In this document: one piece after another, positions 48,901-59,100 of the stretch | How the letters are laid out: each line of letters starts with the position of its first letter | How positions within the stretch are numbered: the stretch's first letter is position 1 | Source of the DNA: an uncultured bacterium | Lineage (GTDB): Bacteria; Chlamydiota; Chlamydiia; Chlamydiales; SM23-39 | DNA: 64,000 nt | Assembly (NCBI GenBank): GCA_963716985.1 | Contig: OY970323.1 | Coordinates: forward strand, 384,001 to 448,000 | Reading direction: 5' to 3' | Made by a program: the position numbers and the translations under genes | The notes under the pieces: generated by a model | The model's database searches: none | What the model was told of the DNA's origin: nothing | What the model saw: only the letters and a program-made list of their open reading frames with translations

Positions 48901-51900
48901 CAAAAGCGGTTGTCGATCCGGCCCTTAAGATGCCCCCGTTGATCGCAGTGGCTCCGGTGTAGCCGTTCGTTCCGCTGAGAGTCGCTGTGCCTGTCGTGAG
49001 GGAGAGGCCTCCTGTTCCATTGATCGCTCCGGTGAAGACTTGGCTATTGCCGTTGGCAATTGTTAAAGTGGCCGATCCAAGAGCGACTGTGCCAGCTCCG
49101 GCGAGACTTCCCACGGTATTATTGAAGTTATTGAGAGCCAGCGTTGAGGTTGATCCCAATACAAAATGAGAGGCAGGGGCAAAAGCGCTTATCGAGCTAG
49201 CTTGGAGAGTTCCGCCATTTAGCGTTGTCGCTCCAGTGTAGCTGTTTGTCCCGCTAAAAATTTGCATTCCTGTGGTCAGGGTGATTCCGCCGCTCTCAGA
49301 AATATTTCCTGCAAATGTTTGGCTGTTGCCATTGTTAATGCTTAAGGTTCCAGAGCCAAGAGTGACAAAACTGCCCGAAGCGCCGGCAAGGCTTTGAATG
49401 ATATTGCTGAAGTTATTGAGATCTAAAGTTGCGCCAGAGGATAGAGTGACGGCTGAATTGACTCCAAAGGCGCCGCTCGTGCTGGTAGTAGAGACTCCTG
49501 CTTGGAGCGTTCCGCGCGTTACATTGGTAGGGCCTGTGTAGATATTGGCGCCGTTAAACGTGAGTGTTCCATCTCCAGCTTTCGTGAAAGAATTCGTCGA
49601 GAGACCCGCAACAACTCCAGTGACAGTGACATCGTTGCTATTCGTATCGAACGTTCCGTTTGCCATCAAGACAATCGAAGAGGTCATTGGCGTGAAGGCG
49701 CTTGACGCTTGGAAGGTAGAAGAACCTGAACCTGCGAACACAATTTGGGTTCCGATCGGAAGCGAACTGGGGGAAGCGACGAGTGTACCTCCCGAAATCG
49801 TAGTTCGCGCTTGATAAGTATTTGCCCCTGTCAATGTCAGGGTTCCGGCTCCGGCCTTAGTAAATGGATTCGCTGTGGAGATTGGTCCACTGATTGAAAC
49901 ATTGTGGCCATTCGTATCGAGCGTGCCTGGGGCAGAGAGAGTAATAGATTGCGAGATGGAGAGATCTCCACCGGCTTGGAGAGTTCCTCCAAAGATGTCA
50001 AATAAAATCGATGTCGCTGAACCAAGGCTGTTTGTATTTAGATTGAGAACGCCCCCTTCGATTGTGATTTGGCTGGCCAACATGTTGCTACCCGTCAAGG
50101 TGAGCGTACCTGGGCCGATTTTTGTGAAGGGAATCCCCACTATTCCAGTAATATCGCCCGATAGTGTTATGTCAAAGGTATTCGATCCGATTGTTGCAGG
50201 ACCGTTGATCGTGATCGGCGCTGAAGAAGAAGTGCTGCTGCCAAATTCGAGATTGCCGCCGTCGGTTCCGAAAATCAATTCAGAAGTATCACCGAGAGTC
50301 GGCGTATTTAGTGTGGCGCCTCCCTCGATGGTTGTCGAGCCAGTGAAGGTATTAGACTTCATCAAGGTCAACGTTCCGCCGCTTGCTACGACATTTCCTG
50401 TAGCTCCTGAAATGACACCATAAAAAGCGTCGTCTGTACTCGCTTGCGATATCGTCAGCGTTCCAGAACCGAGATCAACCGAGCTTCCCACGGCTCCATT
50501 CAAACTGCCGATTGTGATATTTTCATCGTTTACATCGAGGACCGATGCACTGCTGCTCAGACTGACAAATGAATTCGTTCCAAATGCAGTGGATGTGCCC
50601 GCTCGCAGAGTACCCGTCTGTACTTGTGTGGCGCCGGTATATCCGTTCATCCCGTTTAGAATCAGGATTCCTGTGCCAGCCTTCGTGAAAGCGCCCGAAC
50701 CAGAAACAGTTCCTCCGAGCGTGATCGTTTGACCATTCGTATCGATGGTCCCTGCAGAACTCAAAGTGACTGTGTTGCTGTAGGTGAATCCTATCGTATT
50801 GGCTTTTAGGGTCCCTCCACCATTTACGAATAAAAGGGAGCTAGATGATGAGATCCCATTCGTGACAAAGGTACTTCCACCTTGGATTTGCGTTTGTCCG
50901 CTATATCCTGCAGAGCCGTTTAAAGTCAAAGTTGCGGCAGTTAAGGTAAGGCCTCCCGTACCTGAGAGCGCTCCAGAGAAAGCGCCTCCTTGGGAACAGG
51001 TGATTGTTCCGGAGCCGAGAGCAATAGTTCCCGCTCCTGCAATCGTGCCAAAGGTTGCGTTGAAATTATTTAAATTAAGGGTAGATCCGCTCGCGACGGT
51101 CAGATTTGAGTAATTTCCGAACGCGTTTGCAGATCCGGCGATCAACGTTGCTGCATTGACCGTAGTCGATCCTGGATGCGCTTGTGAGCTATACGTGTTA
51201 TTTCCAGTCAGGGTTAATGTACCTGTGCTCGAGGCTCCGAGAGTAAATCCTCCGCCAAGATTGACCGATTCAATCGTCCCGGGATAGGTAACTGTGCCGC
51301 TATTGGTCACTGACAGGGTGCCGTTTCCAAGAACGACTAAACTCGCTGAAGTTCCTGTTAAGACGCCTATGGTGTTATTGAGTCCTGCTCCAGAAGTTCC
51401 ACTTATATCGAGAGTCGCGCCGTTTGCAAGCGAAACATTGGAAGCGGCAGAAAACGCGGTCGCCGATCCTGCTTTAAGTGTAGCACCAGTGCCGAGTGTT
51501 GTAGTCCCTATGTAGGAATTGTTTCCAGAAAGAATCAGATAAGAGCCGTTGACGACAAGATTCCCTCCGCCCGAAATATTGCTTTGGATCGTATTACCAG
51601 GAGAGGCTCCAACGCCAGAGACTTGCCACGTTCCTGTTAGAGTAACGCCTCCGACATTGATATTCGATCCAGAAGCTCCATAAGTGAGCAAATGAGTGCC
51701 GGATGGAACGGCAAACGTTCCTCCTGTGAAGGCATAAGTGTCGGATATCGTCAGATCGCCAAGTGTATACGTTCCGCCTACTAGATTATTTAAAACCGAT
51801 TTAGAAAATGTACTTGATGTTGGGAAAATAAGGTCGTCGGTATTCACTGGAACTTGCTGGGGGCTCCAGTTAGTGCTTGTATTCATAGAATTTGTTGTCC

Positions 51901-51973
51901 CTTGCCATGTCAAGGGGGCTGCGAGTAAAATGCTATTTTGGAGAACAAGCGCTGGTAAACAAATCCACTTCAT
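45902..51973 (-). CDS. Large autotransporter (type Va) with passenger-associated repeats
   Basis: Signal peptide; many KAG.GTLTL.G.N.Y.G.T.I.GGTL repeats; C-terminal beta-barrel ending YLGFGREY. Confidence 0.92.
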   Translation of the reverse strand: MKWICLPALVLQNSILLAAPLTWQGTTNSMNTSTNWSPQQVPVNTDDLIFPTSSTFSKSVLNNLVGGTYTLGDLTISDTYAFTGGTFAVPSGTHLLTYGASGSNINVGGVTLTGTWQVSGVGASPGNTIQSNISGGGNLVVNGSYLILSGNNSYIGTTTLGTGATLKAGSATAFSAASNVSLANGATLDISGTSGAGLNNTIGVLTGTSASLVVLGNGTLSVTNSGTVTYPGTIESVNLGGGFTLGASSTGTLTLTGNNTYSSQAHPGSTTVNAATLIAGSANAFGNYSNLTVASGSTLNLNNFNATFGTIAGAGTIALGSGTITCSQGGAFSGALSGTGGLTLTAATLTLNGSAGYSGQTQIQGGSTFVTNGISSSSSLLFVNGGGTLKANTIGFTYSNTVTLSSAGTIDTNGQTITLGGTVSGSGAFTKAGTGILILNGMNGYTGATQVQTGTLRAGTSTAFGTNSFVSLSSSASVLDVNDENITIGSLNGAVGSSVDLGSGTLTISQASTDDAFYGVISGATGNVVASGGTLTLMKSNTFTGSTTIEGGATLNTPTLGDTSELIFGTDGGNLEFGSSTSSSAPITINGPATIGSNTFDITLSGDITGIVGIPFTKIGPGTLTLTGSNMLASQITIEGGVLNLNTNSLGSATSILFDIFGGTLQAGGDLSISQSITLSAPGTLDTNGHNVSISGPISTANPFTKAGAGTLTLTGANTYQARTTISGGTLVASPSSLPIGTQIVFAGSGSSTFQASSAFTPMTSSIVLMANGTFDTNSNDVTVTGVVAGLSTNSFTKAGDGTLTFNGANIYTGPTNVTRGTLQAGVSTTSTSGAFGVNSAVTLSSGATLDLNNFSNIIQSLAGASGSFVTLGSGTLSINNGNSQTFAGNISESGGITLTTGMQIFSGTNSYTGATTLNGGTLQASSISAFAPASHFVLGSTSTLALNNFNNTVGSLAGAGTVALGSATLTIANGNSQVFTGAINGTGGLSLTTGTATLSGTNGYTGATAINGGILRAGSTTAFASSSAFTVGASGTLSLNNFNNTIRSLAGSGNVTLGSATLTIDNGSGLTFSGNISGTGGLTLTGNLTLSGTNGYSGPTAINGGSLLAGSTQAFGTSALTVANGATLNFQTFANTIGSITNSGNVASSATISATAFTQNSGGTTTFNFPMNAAAPVGNVTTTASINLNGTLVVTNTGMFTPSSATQVILFQSSGTGKQLHGIFSSTTLPFGKLTYDYSENRIILGASANCDGDWTSDSNGNWDTMANWSSCVPGIGGMAANQDTATFPTVAASSVTVTLANSAGTIAQNVTLHDLTFDSSLTSYTIENFSGMGTIFLDGPPMSTKPTITVFQGDHTINTTISLEQDSRFTLNAGSLTLGPESSIISTGTWNVSEGAGSGTLNNYGTLSPANLLLEGNVIENNGTISPTGALEISGLGGISNPVTVNNHSTLSAGTTFTIGNAAGPTTFNNYAMATATTTFNIVTGIVTNYSGATMAAGSGSTFTVSGGIVTNNAGATLGSSNANIALSAGTLTTAGSVLADDYIQSSSGTLQTNILSLTSFGKVTAAGTATLDGNLVVNALPGISLTNGDTIELLDATGGRTGQFAHVSFTNFPGSLIPSIVYLPDGVQLDVRKANPAPVHGSTINLVFTSIGQHNAFITQKTSQMRKRIHFSNAPLVAASSLSFDEHLLTASNDEQLLPIADSLAQQLNSETFQKTEQLSERVAQGKEHPYNVYLGPVASFGNVDSKKDQAGLGYVTAGVLAGVDGILEDREERSAWAGFGALIEYRKSWGTADNNWGTSTFDRLHGSFYGTIVPKKAPDLAFEAIVGCAYNWDKTKRKTGINQELTAIGKTHEVAADTLFGIEYTLSGRRHSWLPANFSFVPLATLQYVIDFIDGYTETGAGIYDLQVASHTPDSLTSVLGARFNYLFHPGSSTLRAELDLGWQYEYLDRSLSIGLNAINSTALPTTITTESPGRNSLLVALDLLTTTKHGWQVELNASYQLNSLFYDTFFYLGFGREY

Positions 51974-52008
51974 GTTTCAAAACTTAAATTAAAAAAAAGT
52001 TTTTGTCT

Positions 52009-52041
52009 AAAAAAAAGCGTTTGTCTTAGGAGACAAACGCT
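52009..52041 (-). terminator. Intrinsic terminator downstream of the GH64-like gene
   Basis: 11-bp stem AGCGTTTGTCT/AGACAAACGCT followed by a U run on the minus strand. Confidence 0.8.
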
Positions 52042-52059
52042 GGCGCACGCCTAAAATGG

Positions 52060-54045
52060 CTAACCTGGCCATGGAGGGGGAGTACTATTGTAAGAGAGGA
52101 CAAAAGAGGGGCTTCCTTGAGGACCTGATACTGTAAAGGTGAAGCTCCCTTGGAAATGTTCATCGGCGGTTGTATAGGTGCTTGTTGGAGACGATGGCGT
52201 GACGATTTGTCTTTGCAGGTTGATATTGTAGAGATACTCGGTCGAATCGAACGTGAATCTCACTTGAAATGGGTGAATTGCGTTGACCACGACATTTCCG
52301 AGCGCGACAGGCACTGAAGTAGAAGCGGGAGTCGTCACTGTGCTCGCTCCATTATAGTAAATAAATTCGACAGCCACTCCGTTCGGCGCTGCGTTCACAG
52401 TGACTGGATAGGTATAACTATCCTGCGAGATATTGGGAATTGTCGTTCCAGACATGCTTTCGAGTGTGATTACAAAATAAGGTTGGGTTTCTCCGGTTGT
52501 TTGAGACGGATTGCCATGGAGGTCTTGAATATCAATCGCCATCAGACCTGCAAGGTTGAGTAGGTCATCGTAGTCATATCCGTAGCCAAGTCCAAGCGTT
52601 GGATTGTGACCAGAGGGAACTTGTCCATTGCTGATCAGCAGTTTATGGAGATTGAGATCATAGAGGTTGTACCATGGCCCATTCGAATAACCTGGAGGAT
52701 TTGAAAAATAGGTCAATGTCGAATAGCCTCCTGGGGCCGCTGTGCTATTATACTGACTATTGACGAAAGGGGAATCAATCGAGGTGGCATAGGCAGTAAA
52801 GGGGAGCTGCCCAATTGTAAATAGAGCGCTGAACAGCTTAGATAGTTCATTGGTATAAGCTGCAGAGTCGGTCCCTGAAGTGAGCGTATAAGGCCAGGGT
52901 CCACCGCTATTTGCCCCGCTCAACAGCTGTTCCATCGTCAACGCTGCGAGATTGAGAGTATAGCTAGGAGCTCCGCCACTGCCACTGAGTTCTAAAGTGA
53001 GAGCTGTTGAAGAAGCTGTAATCGAGTAGACAACAGCATTTATATTCGCAGGCTTGATCTGTGCATAGAACGTATGGGGTGTGTTGTAGTAATTGTACAC
53101 TGCTTGTAAAAAACTTGTGCTTGCCTGAGGTCCCGTCGACGAATTCGAGACATATGTTGTAGGGAAGTAACCTTGTGTGACTTTGGCTCCTTGAAAGTTA
53201 TTTGCACTTTCTCCAAGACCGATACTATTCTTGGCGGCCAACACGCGCAAGTAGGACGTTGGAGTGCTATCCGTATAGGGATTGTTGTAATAAGGCAGAG
53301 CGAGAGTTCCCCAAGTAGTTGGATACGTATTTAGGCTTGTGCTAAACGCGGTGAGAACTTGATCTCGTGTTTGAGTCGACGTGGTACCTGAAGGGAGTCC
53401 TGAATATTGGACTGAAATTTGGGTATTCGAAGGATATTCATTCGCATAAAGTTCCATCGGAAGACAGAAATAGTCGACCCATGAAAGGTTAATGAACATC
53501 GTTGTTTTTGAATTTGTTACGTCCGAATTCACAAGTCCGAATTCAAAATCTTGGTAGAGCGTATAGAAATTCGGATCGGTCAGAGAGGTTACGGACGAAT
53601 CGCTAATCCCCAAGACTCCAAGGGCAGGATTAAGAGAGGTCGCAAGATACATCGGAGAATTGATCGAAAAATAGCCCCTCGAAGCACTATCGATGGGTAA
53701 ATAGATCAGATAGGCGGGATCGTTGATGCCCGTTCCAGTTGCAGTCGGCAGTTCGCTCAGCGTCACGCTCGATCCGGCGGAACTGGGACTTCCTGTAGGA
53801 GTTGGATAAGCGATTTGGCAAACCCCATTCATATCGGGCACGAGAAAGCAGGGAATTCCATCAGGATCGTTTCCGTGAGCGACGAAGTAAATCGTATTGG
53901 CGGAAAGCCCCGTTCGGTTGACTACAACAACCGGACAATAGTTTTGTAATGGAGCAGGAGCAACGGCAAAGGCCTCAGACAAGCCTACAATAAAACACAT
54001 TACCAGTGCCGCGATTTGTGCGAGAGAAATTCGATTCAATAGCAT
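52060..54045 (-). CDS. Secreted GH64-like beta-1,3-glucanase
   Basis: Signal peptide; DPN..LY..FEF, INLSWVDYF.LPM and YGYDYDD resemble GH64 motifs. Confidence 0.65.
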   Translation of the reverse strand: MLLNRISLAQIAALVMCFIVGLSEAFAVAPAPLQNYCPVVVVNRTGLSANTIYFVAHGNDPDGIPCFLVPDMNGVCQIAYPTPTGSPSSAGSSVTLSELPTATGTGINDPAYLIYLPIDSASRGYFSINSPMYLATSLNPALGVLGISDSSVTSLTDPNFYTLYQDFEFGLVNSDVTNSKTTMFINLSWVDYFCLPMELYANEYPSNTQISVQYSGLPSGTTSTQTRDQVLTAFSTSLNTYPTTWGTLALPYYNNPYTDSTPTSYLRVLAAKNSIGLGESANNFQGAKVTQGYFPTTYVSNSSTGPQASTSFLQAVYNYYNTPHTFYAQIKPANINAVVYSITASSTALTLELSGSGGAPSYTLNLAALTMEQLLSGANSGGPWPYTLTSGTDSAAYTNELSKLFSALFTIGQLPFTAYATSIDSPFVNSQYNSTAAPGGYSTLTYFSNPPGYSNGPWYNLYDLNLHKLLISNGQVPSGHNPTLGLGYGYDYDDLLNLAGLMAIDIQDLHGNPSQTTGETQPYFVITLESMSGTTIPNISQDSYTYPVTVNAAPNGVAVEFIYYNGASTVTTPASTSVPVALGNVVVNAIHPFQVRFTFDSTEYLYNINLQRQIVTPSSPTSTYTTADEHFQGSFTFTVSGPQGSPSFVLSYNSTPPPWPG

Positions 54046-54386
54046 GAGAATCCTTTTTTTTCAGAGGAAGGTATTTTATCAATGTAAAGAAAATATTTCA
54101 ATTGAATAAAATTTTTTCAATTTCAAGCAAGAAGGGACGATTTACTTACAGGATCAAAAATGACGGACTATTGTCGGAGTAGCTAGTGTCTGGTTTCTTC
54201 AATCGATCGACCGCAATTGCCAATATTTCTTGGGGAAAATCAGATTTTTTCCTACATACTTTGGCAAGCAAAGGTGATTTAAGGCCATCTAAAGAATTGG
54301 GTGGAGTCAGCTTCGCAGGGCTGAAAATCCTTAGTGTCGCTTTCGATTCCAGTTCGAGCCGCATTTCTTTTTTTATCGAAAAAAAT

Positions 54387-56099
54387 TTAATAGCTAAAAG
54401 TAGCTCCACCATGGAAACGGCAGACGTGGCGATCATTTCCGACCGAGCTTTTGATGACTTGAAAGCCCAGATCGGCTCTTGCGGAAATATATTGGCTGCA
54501 TTGATAGCGCACGCCCGGTCCGGCTCCGAGAAGGTGGTAGCGTTTTTTAAATCCAGGAACCGTTCTGTGCTCTTGCCCATATCCATAATCGATAAAGGAG
54601 AGGAAGGCGAGGTGGTTTTGTTTTCCCGATTTAAAGGATATTTTGGGCGCATGGATTTCAAAGTTCGCTAAAATCGCGTTGTCGGCATTGATCTCGCGTT
54701 CGCGATAGCCCCTGACAGAATCATACCCTCCAAGGCCAAACTGTTCGGAGGGAAGGAGGCTGGTATTGGAAATCTGTCCCTCTAATCTCGTGATGATCAT
54801 CATTTTTTTCGGCAGGCTGAAGTGGGCCCAAAGATGGGTCTTGCCATAAACATAGTGTGCTTTTGCAAAGGGATTGATCTCTTGGTAATAGCGATTTTTC
54901 TGTTCGGATGTGATTTTTAAAGGAGAGGCAAACGCCTCTATGCCAAAGAAAAGTTTGTGTGCGCCAAAGGTGTGGTCGAGGAAATAGGCGCAAGTAAACT
55001 GGTTGATTTCAGGATGGTTTTGAGAAAAAATAAATTCATCAAATTCGAGCGCGTTGTTCGTCTTTTTGTAATCATATCCGCATTCGACTCTTTGCAGAAT
55101 ATTGCCATAGGTGGGTTGCAAGGGAATGATGTAGCGGCCGCTGATCTGCGAACTAAATCCATGCATCAGGATAGGCATGGGTATGTTGACATTTTGAAAA
55201 TTGCTTTCGACCCAAGCATATCCCCCAAAGAGTTTGCATTCATGCCTCCAGGGAAGGCGCATGAGATAGCTTGCAGAGTGGGCGATCAGAGAATCAAAAT
55301 CACCGGACGCGGTGAATTGATAGGAAAGGGTTTGATCCAAACCGAACGCATGGTCCCAGCTAAAGCCCGTATAGATTCTTGCATTTCCCGTCAGTTGATT
55401 GCCCGTATTGTCTGCTCCTGCATAGACCAAAAGAGGAAACCGGTCTTGGGTGGTTAGGGTGAGATCGGTCTCGGTGCTTTTTTCTCCGGGGGCAAAGATG
55501 AGATCCGATTGATGGAAAGGGGTGCGATTGAGCCAAGCGAGATCTTCCATCAATTTAAGGGTATCGATCCTGTCTCCTTTTTTCACTTGAAGGGATTGCA
55601 GGAACTTTTTTCCCGACGTCCAGTGATTTCCTTTGGCTTCGATTGTTCCGACTTTTCCTTCTATGATCACGATCTGGATCACCCCTGCAGATACTTCTTG
55701 CTGCGGAACGATAACGGTCACGATCGGATGGTGGTTTTTTTGATAATAATGACAGATCCGTTTGCGAATCTCTTCTAACGAACTCTGGGTGAGCGGTTCA
55801 TTCAAAAAGGGGAGAATCTTAGAGATAAGTTTTTGTTTTTTTCCGGGCAGATGGATGGTCGGATCGATCGAAATCCCTTCGATTTTTTTAAGATCGATCT
55901 CCTGTAACAGCGAATAGCTTCCTAAGAGAGCAATGGCGCGAAGGCGGGGAAGAATCACTTGCGGGGAGGGTTTTTCATCTTCTTTCTTTTCCCGGATCTC
56001 CTGATAGGCGATCTCTTCCGAGGAGCTTGCATCGTCGGCATAGATGGGTGAAAAGGAAGAGAGGCAGAGGGAAAGAGCGAGGGTTGCGAATCGTTTCAA
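54387..56099 (-). CDS. TpsB (ShlB/FhaC/HecB) two-partner secretion transporter
   Basis: POTRA VPQQEV..G, DNTG, LGGYDSVRGYRE motif, terminal aromatic residue. Confidence 0.92.
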   Translation of the reverse strand: MKRFATLALSLCLSSFSPIYADDASSSEEIAYQEIREKKEDEKPSPQVILPRLRAIALLGSYSLLQEIDLKKIEGISIDPTIHLPGKKQKLISKILPFLNEPLTQSSLEEIRKRICHYYQKNHHPIVTVIVPQQEVSAGVIQIVIIEGKVGTIEAKGNHWTSGKKFLQSLQVKKGDRIDTLKLMEDLAWLNRTPFHQSDLIFAPGEKSTETDLTLTTQDRFPLLVYAGADNTGNQLTGNARIYTGFSWDHAFGLDQTLSYQFTASGDFDSLIAHSASYLMRLPWRHECKLFGGYAWVESNFQNVNIPMPILMHGFSSQISGRYIIPLQPTYGNILQRVECGYDYKKTNNALEFDEFIFSQNHPEINQFTCAYFLDHTFGAHKLFFGIEAFASPLKITSEQKNRYYQEINPFAKAHYVYGKTHLWAHFSLPKKMMIITRLEGQISNTSLLPSEQFGLGGYDSVRGYREREINADNAILANFEIHAPKISFKSGKQNHLAFLSFIDYGYGQEHRTVPGFKKRYHLLGAGPGVRYQCSQYISARADLGFQVIKSSVGNDRHVCRFHGGATFSY

Positions 56100-56100
56100 G

Positions 56101-59100
56101 TTATCCCTCTACTTTTCGGTTTTTCTGATAGGTTTTTTCTTTGACTCGGTAGCATTTTTTTCTCTCTTTTTCAAAAGGAGAGCTTTTTTCAAAAGAGATC
56201 CATTTTGCGATATTGTTTGCGTTTGATAAAGCGCTCATTTGCGATGGGGAAGCAAAATGCTCTTTTATCTTAGACAAAGGAAGTGGCGACCCTTTTTCTT
56301 TTTCATAGGAAATGCAAAAACTGCTTTCCCATGGGAAGAAAAACCCTTCAAGAATGGAAATGATGTCAGATTCGTCTCCGAGCGTTTGTGGAATTCCAAA
56401 AAAGTTTGTGGGGGTGGGAGGAATAATAGGCGTTCCGAAAGGTGTTTTGTAGAAGACGGTAAAGAAACGTCCCGGATCTGCTTCCGGGTAATAGACGTTA
56501 AAGACTTCCGTTCGACTGAGATAAGGATGTCCTTGCAATGTTCCGGATGCATTATTTTGCGAGGGCCTTGCGGTGAAAATTTTTAATAGGCCGGTGGCAG
56601 AGATGGTGGTTTTTGAGCTCATCAGAAAAGCGCCGGGTCCGATTTGGGGACGGGTGGGAAAGTTGTTGTCAACGACTAGAGTCACAGGGCCGGGAGATCC
56701 TGAGATGTTAATAATGGCACTATTGCCTTCAAGGTCGATGTTCTGACCTGCTTTGACGAGAAGGGCTCCCGAAGAGCCGTTGGCTTGCAAAAGAGAGGTT
56801 TGGAAAAGAGAAAGATTATTGGCGGTCAGGGTTAAATTTGCTCCGCTTGTAATATTGGTGGGAGAGTTTCCTTGCGATGTGAGCGCCACATCTCCTCCGG
56901 CATTGAACAAAAGATCTCCGCCTGTTGTATAGATGGAGGCAAATCCAGATCCCCCGACGGCATTATTATTGAGATTCGCATTTCCGGTAATCGCGAAGTT
57001 CAAGGAATTGGAATGGATGAATAGATTGCCGTGGGGACTATTGTTGTTCATCACGAGACTGTTTGCGGTTATATTCAATGGAGCATTGTTCATTTCGATC
57101 AATGACTGGCTGATGGCGGAAGCATCGGTTTGCATAAGAAGCGGGCCGGCCGTGGTTAATGTGCTTAAAGAGCTGGATCCCGGATTGATTGTGATCAGAG
57201 CGGTTCCTCCTTGGTTTGCGTTGAATGTAATTCCTGTTGTTGCATCGACGTTCATGAGGGAATCCACTTGGATGATGCTCTGGCCGCTTGTGGCGGTTAC
57301 ATTGATTGTTTGGGCATTAATGGTTAGGTTGTTTGCCTGAATGGAAGCTAGGTCTGCAGCTCCGTTGGCAAAAAAAGAAAGCGTGTTGCAATTCAGAATG
57401 ACATTGGGATGAGAAGAGGTAGAGGTGTTCCCTATCAAACATTGGCCAGTAAGGGCTCCACCGCCAGACTCTTCTAAATTAATGTTGTTCGCAGAGATGT
57501 TGACCAAGTGGTCAGAAGACATTGAGAAATAATTGTTGTTCGCTGCAGTGCTTTCAAAGAAAAAGTCTTGGGTTGTGATATTTAATGCATCGCTTCCGAA
57601 GAGAGCAGGGGTTGTGCCTCCAGGGATAGAAGATATGAAAAGATAACTCAGAGTGTTTGCAAGTGTTAATGTGTGGTGAGACTTTAGAAAGCCCTTGCCA
57701 ATGAGAAATATTTGCCCGTTGACAGAGGCCGTAATATTGCCGGCAATATCTACCAAATCGGAAATACCCAAAGGTCCTGCAAGCGTAGTGAGAATCAAAT
57801 CACCGGAACCGGTGATGGGACCCCCTTCTACGATGTTCATGACATTTCCGTAAAGCGTCAAAGAATGTGTGGTGGACCATGTAACGGGCGCTTGGACACG
57901 AATCTCTCCGGTTCCACCTCCTGCACCATTAACAGCATCAACGATCACATTGTTAAGGGCCAGGGCAGCTTCAAGATCGGTATTGAGAAGATTTGCGGTT
58001 CCGACTCCGCTTGGTTGATAGGTATAAGGAGGATAGATAAAAGCAGGGAATGTTGGAGGGGTTGCCGTAATGTCAATGTCTGGGGGATCTAAAAAAAGCA
58101 TTCCCGTTTTTCCATGAGAAGAGCTTGTATCGACCTTGCCATGAAAGACAAAAGCTTTTTTCGAAGACACCTCCACAAAACCGCCATCTCCCTCTTGATT
58201 GCCGCCTTTTGCCTCTATTTTTCCTTGAAAGTTCATCGAATCGTCGGCAAAAAGAATAACCTTTCCGCCATTTCCCCGTTCCAGAGAAGAGACGGAGATC
58301 TGCGCTCTTTCTTCCATTTCGATCTGTTTGGGGTTGGCAGGGGAAGAATCGGTCTGATCGCGAGGAGCAAGGCCGATGATGACCTCCCCTCCATTAAAAG
58401 GTGAGGAGGCGTCGATGGAAGAGTCGTTTTTTAAGGAAATAGGATCGCCGGCAACGGTAATGTGGCCGCCGGGAGAGTGGAGCGTTCCTCTATTTTCTAT
58501 GCGGCCATCTAGGGCTACGAGAAAAATTTTGCCATTTTCGTTGGCCATGCCGTTGGCCTCCACGATGCCCGATTGATTCATGGCAAGAGAGTAGGCAGAG
58601 CCTTGCGCTCCTAAAAAGACATTTTTTGCTTCAATTGTACCAAGATTTTCAACGCCTACATCCAAAAGGGGTTTGTCTAGAAGCGGCTGGATGAAGAGCC
58701 CCTCTTCTTTGTCCGGCTGCAGAAGAATGCGATAGCCCGCAGCTGTTTGCGCAACTCCGTTTTTTGCCTCAATGACCCCCTCGTTTCGAATGCGCGTGGC
58801 AAAAAGCGCTACATCGCCCTCGAGGGCCCGAATGGTCCCTAAATTCACGATTTCTTTGCTCTGTCCTCCATCTTGAAAGAAGAGGTTTGCCCCTTTCAGA
58901 AAGTCTTGGTTCAGAATGTCGAGAGTAGAGGCAATGAAACCGGAGGTTTGCACACACCCTTCTTTACTGATGAGTATGCCGTTTTGATTGATCAGAAGAA
59001 CCTTGCCATTTGCTTCTAAAACTCCTTGGATCAGAGAGGGGGAATAGCCCGTGACGCGATTTAAAACAGAAGAGGTGGTATTTTGCTGAAGAAAACGGGT

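Noticed and set aside
54146..54671. Overlapping ORFs 54146..54661 (-) and 54186..54671 (+)
   Set aside because: Largely overlap tpsB; a short ORF near 54146-54364 is possible but unsupported
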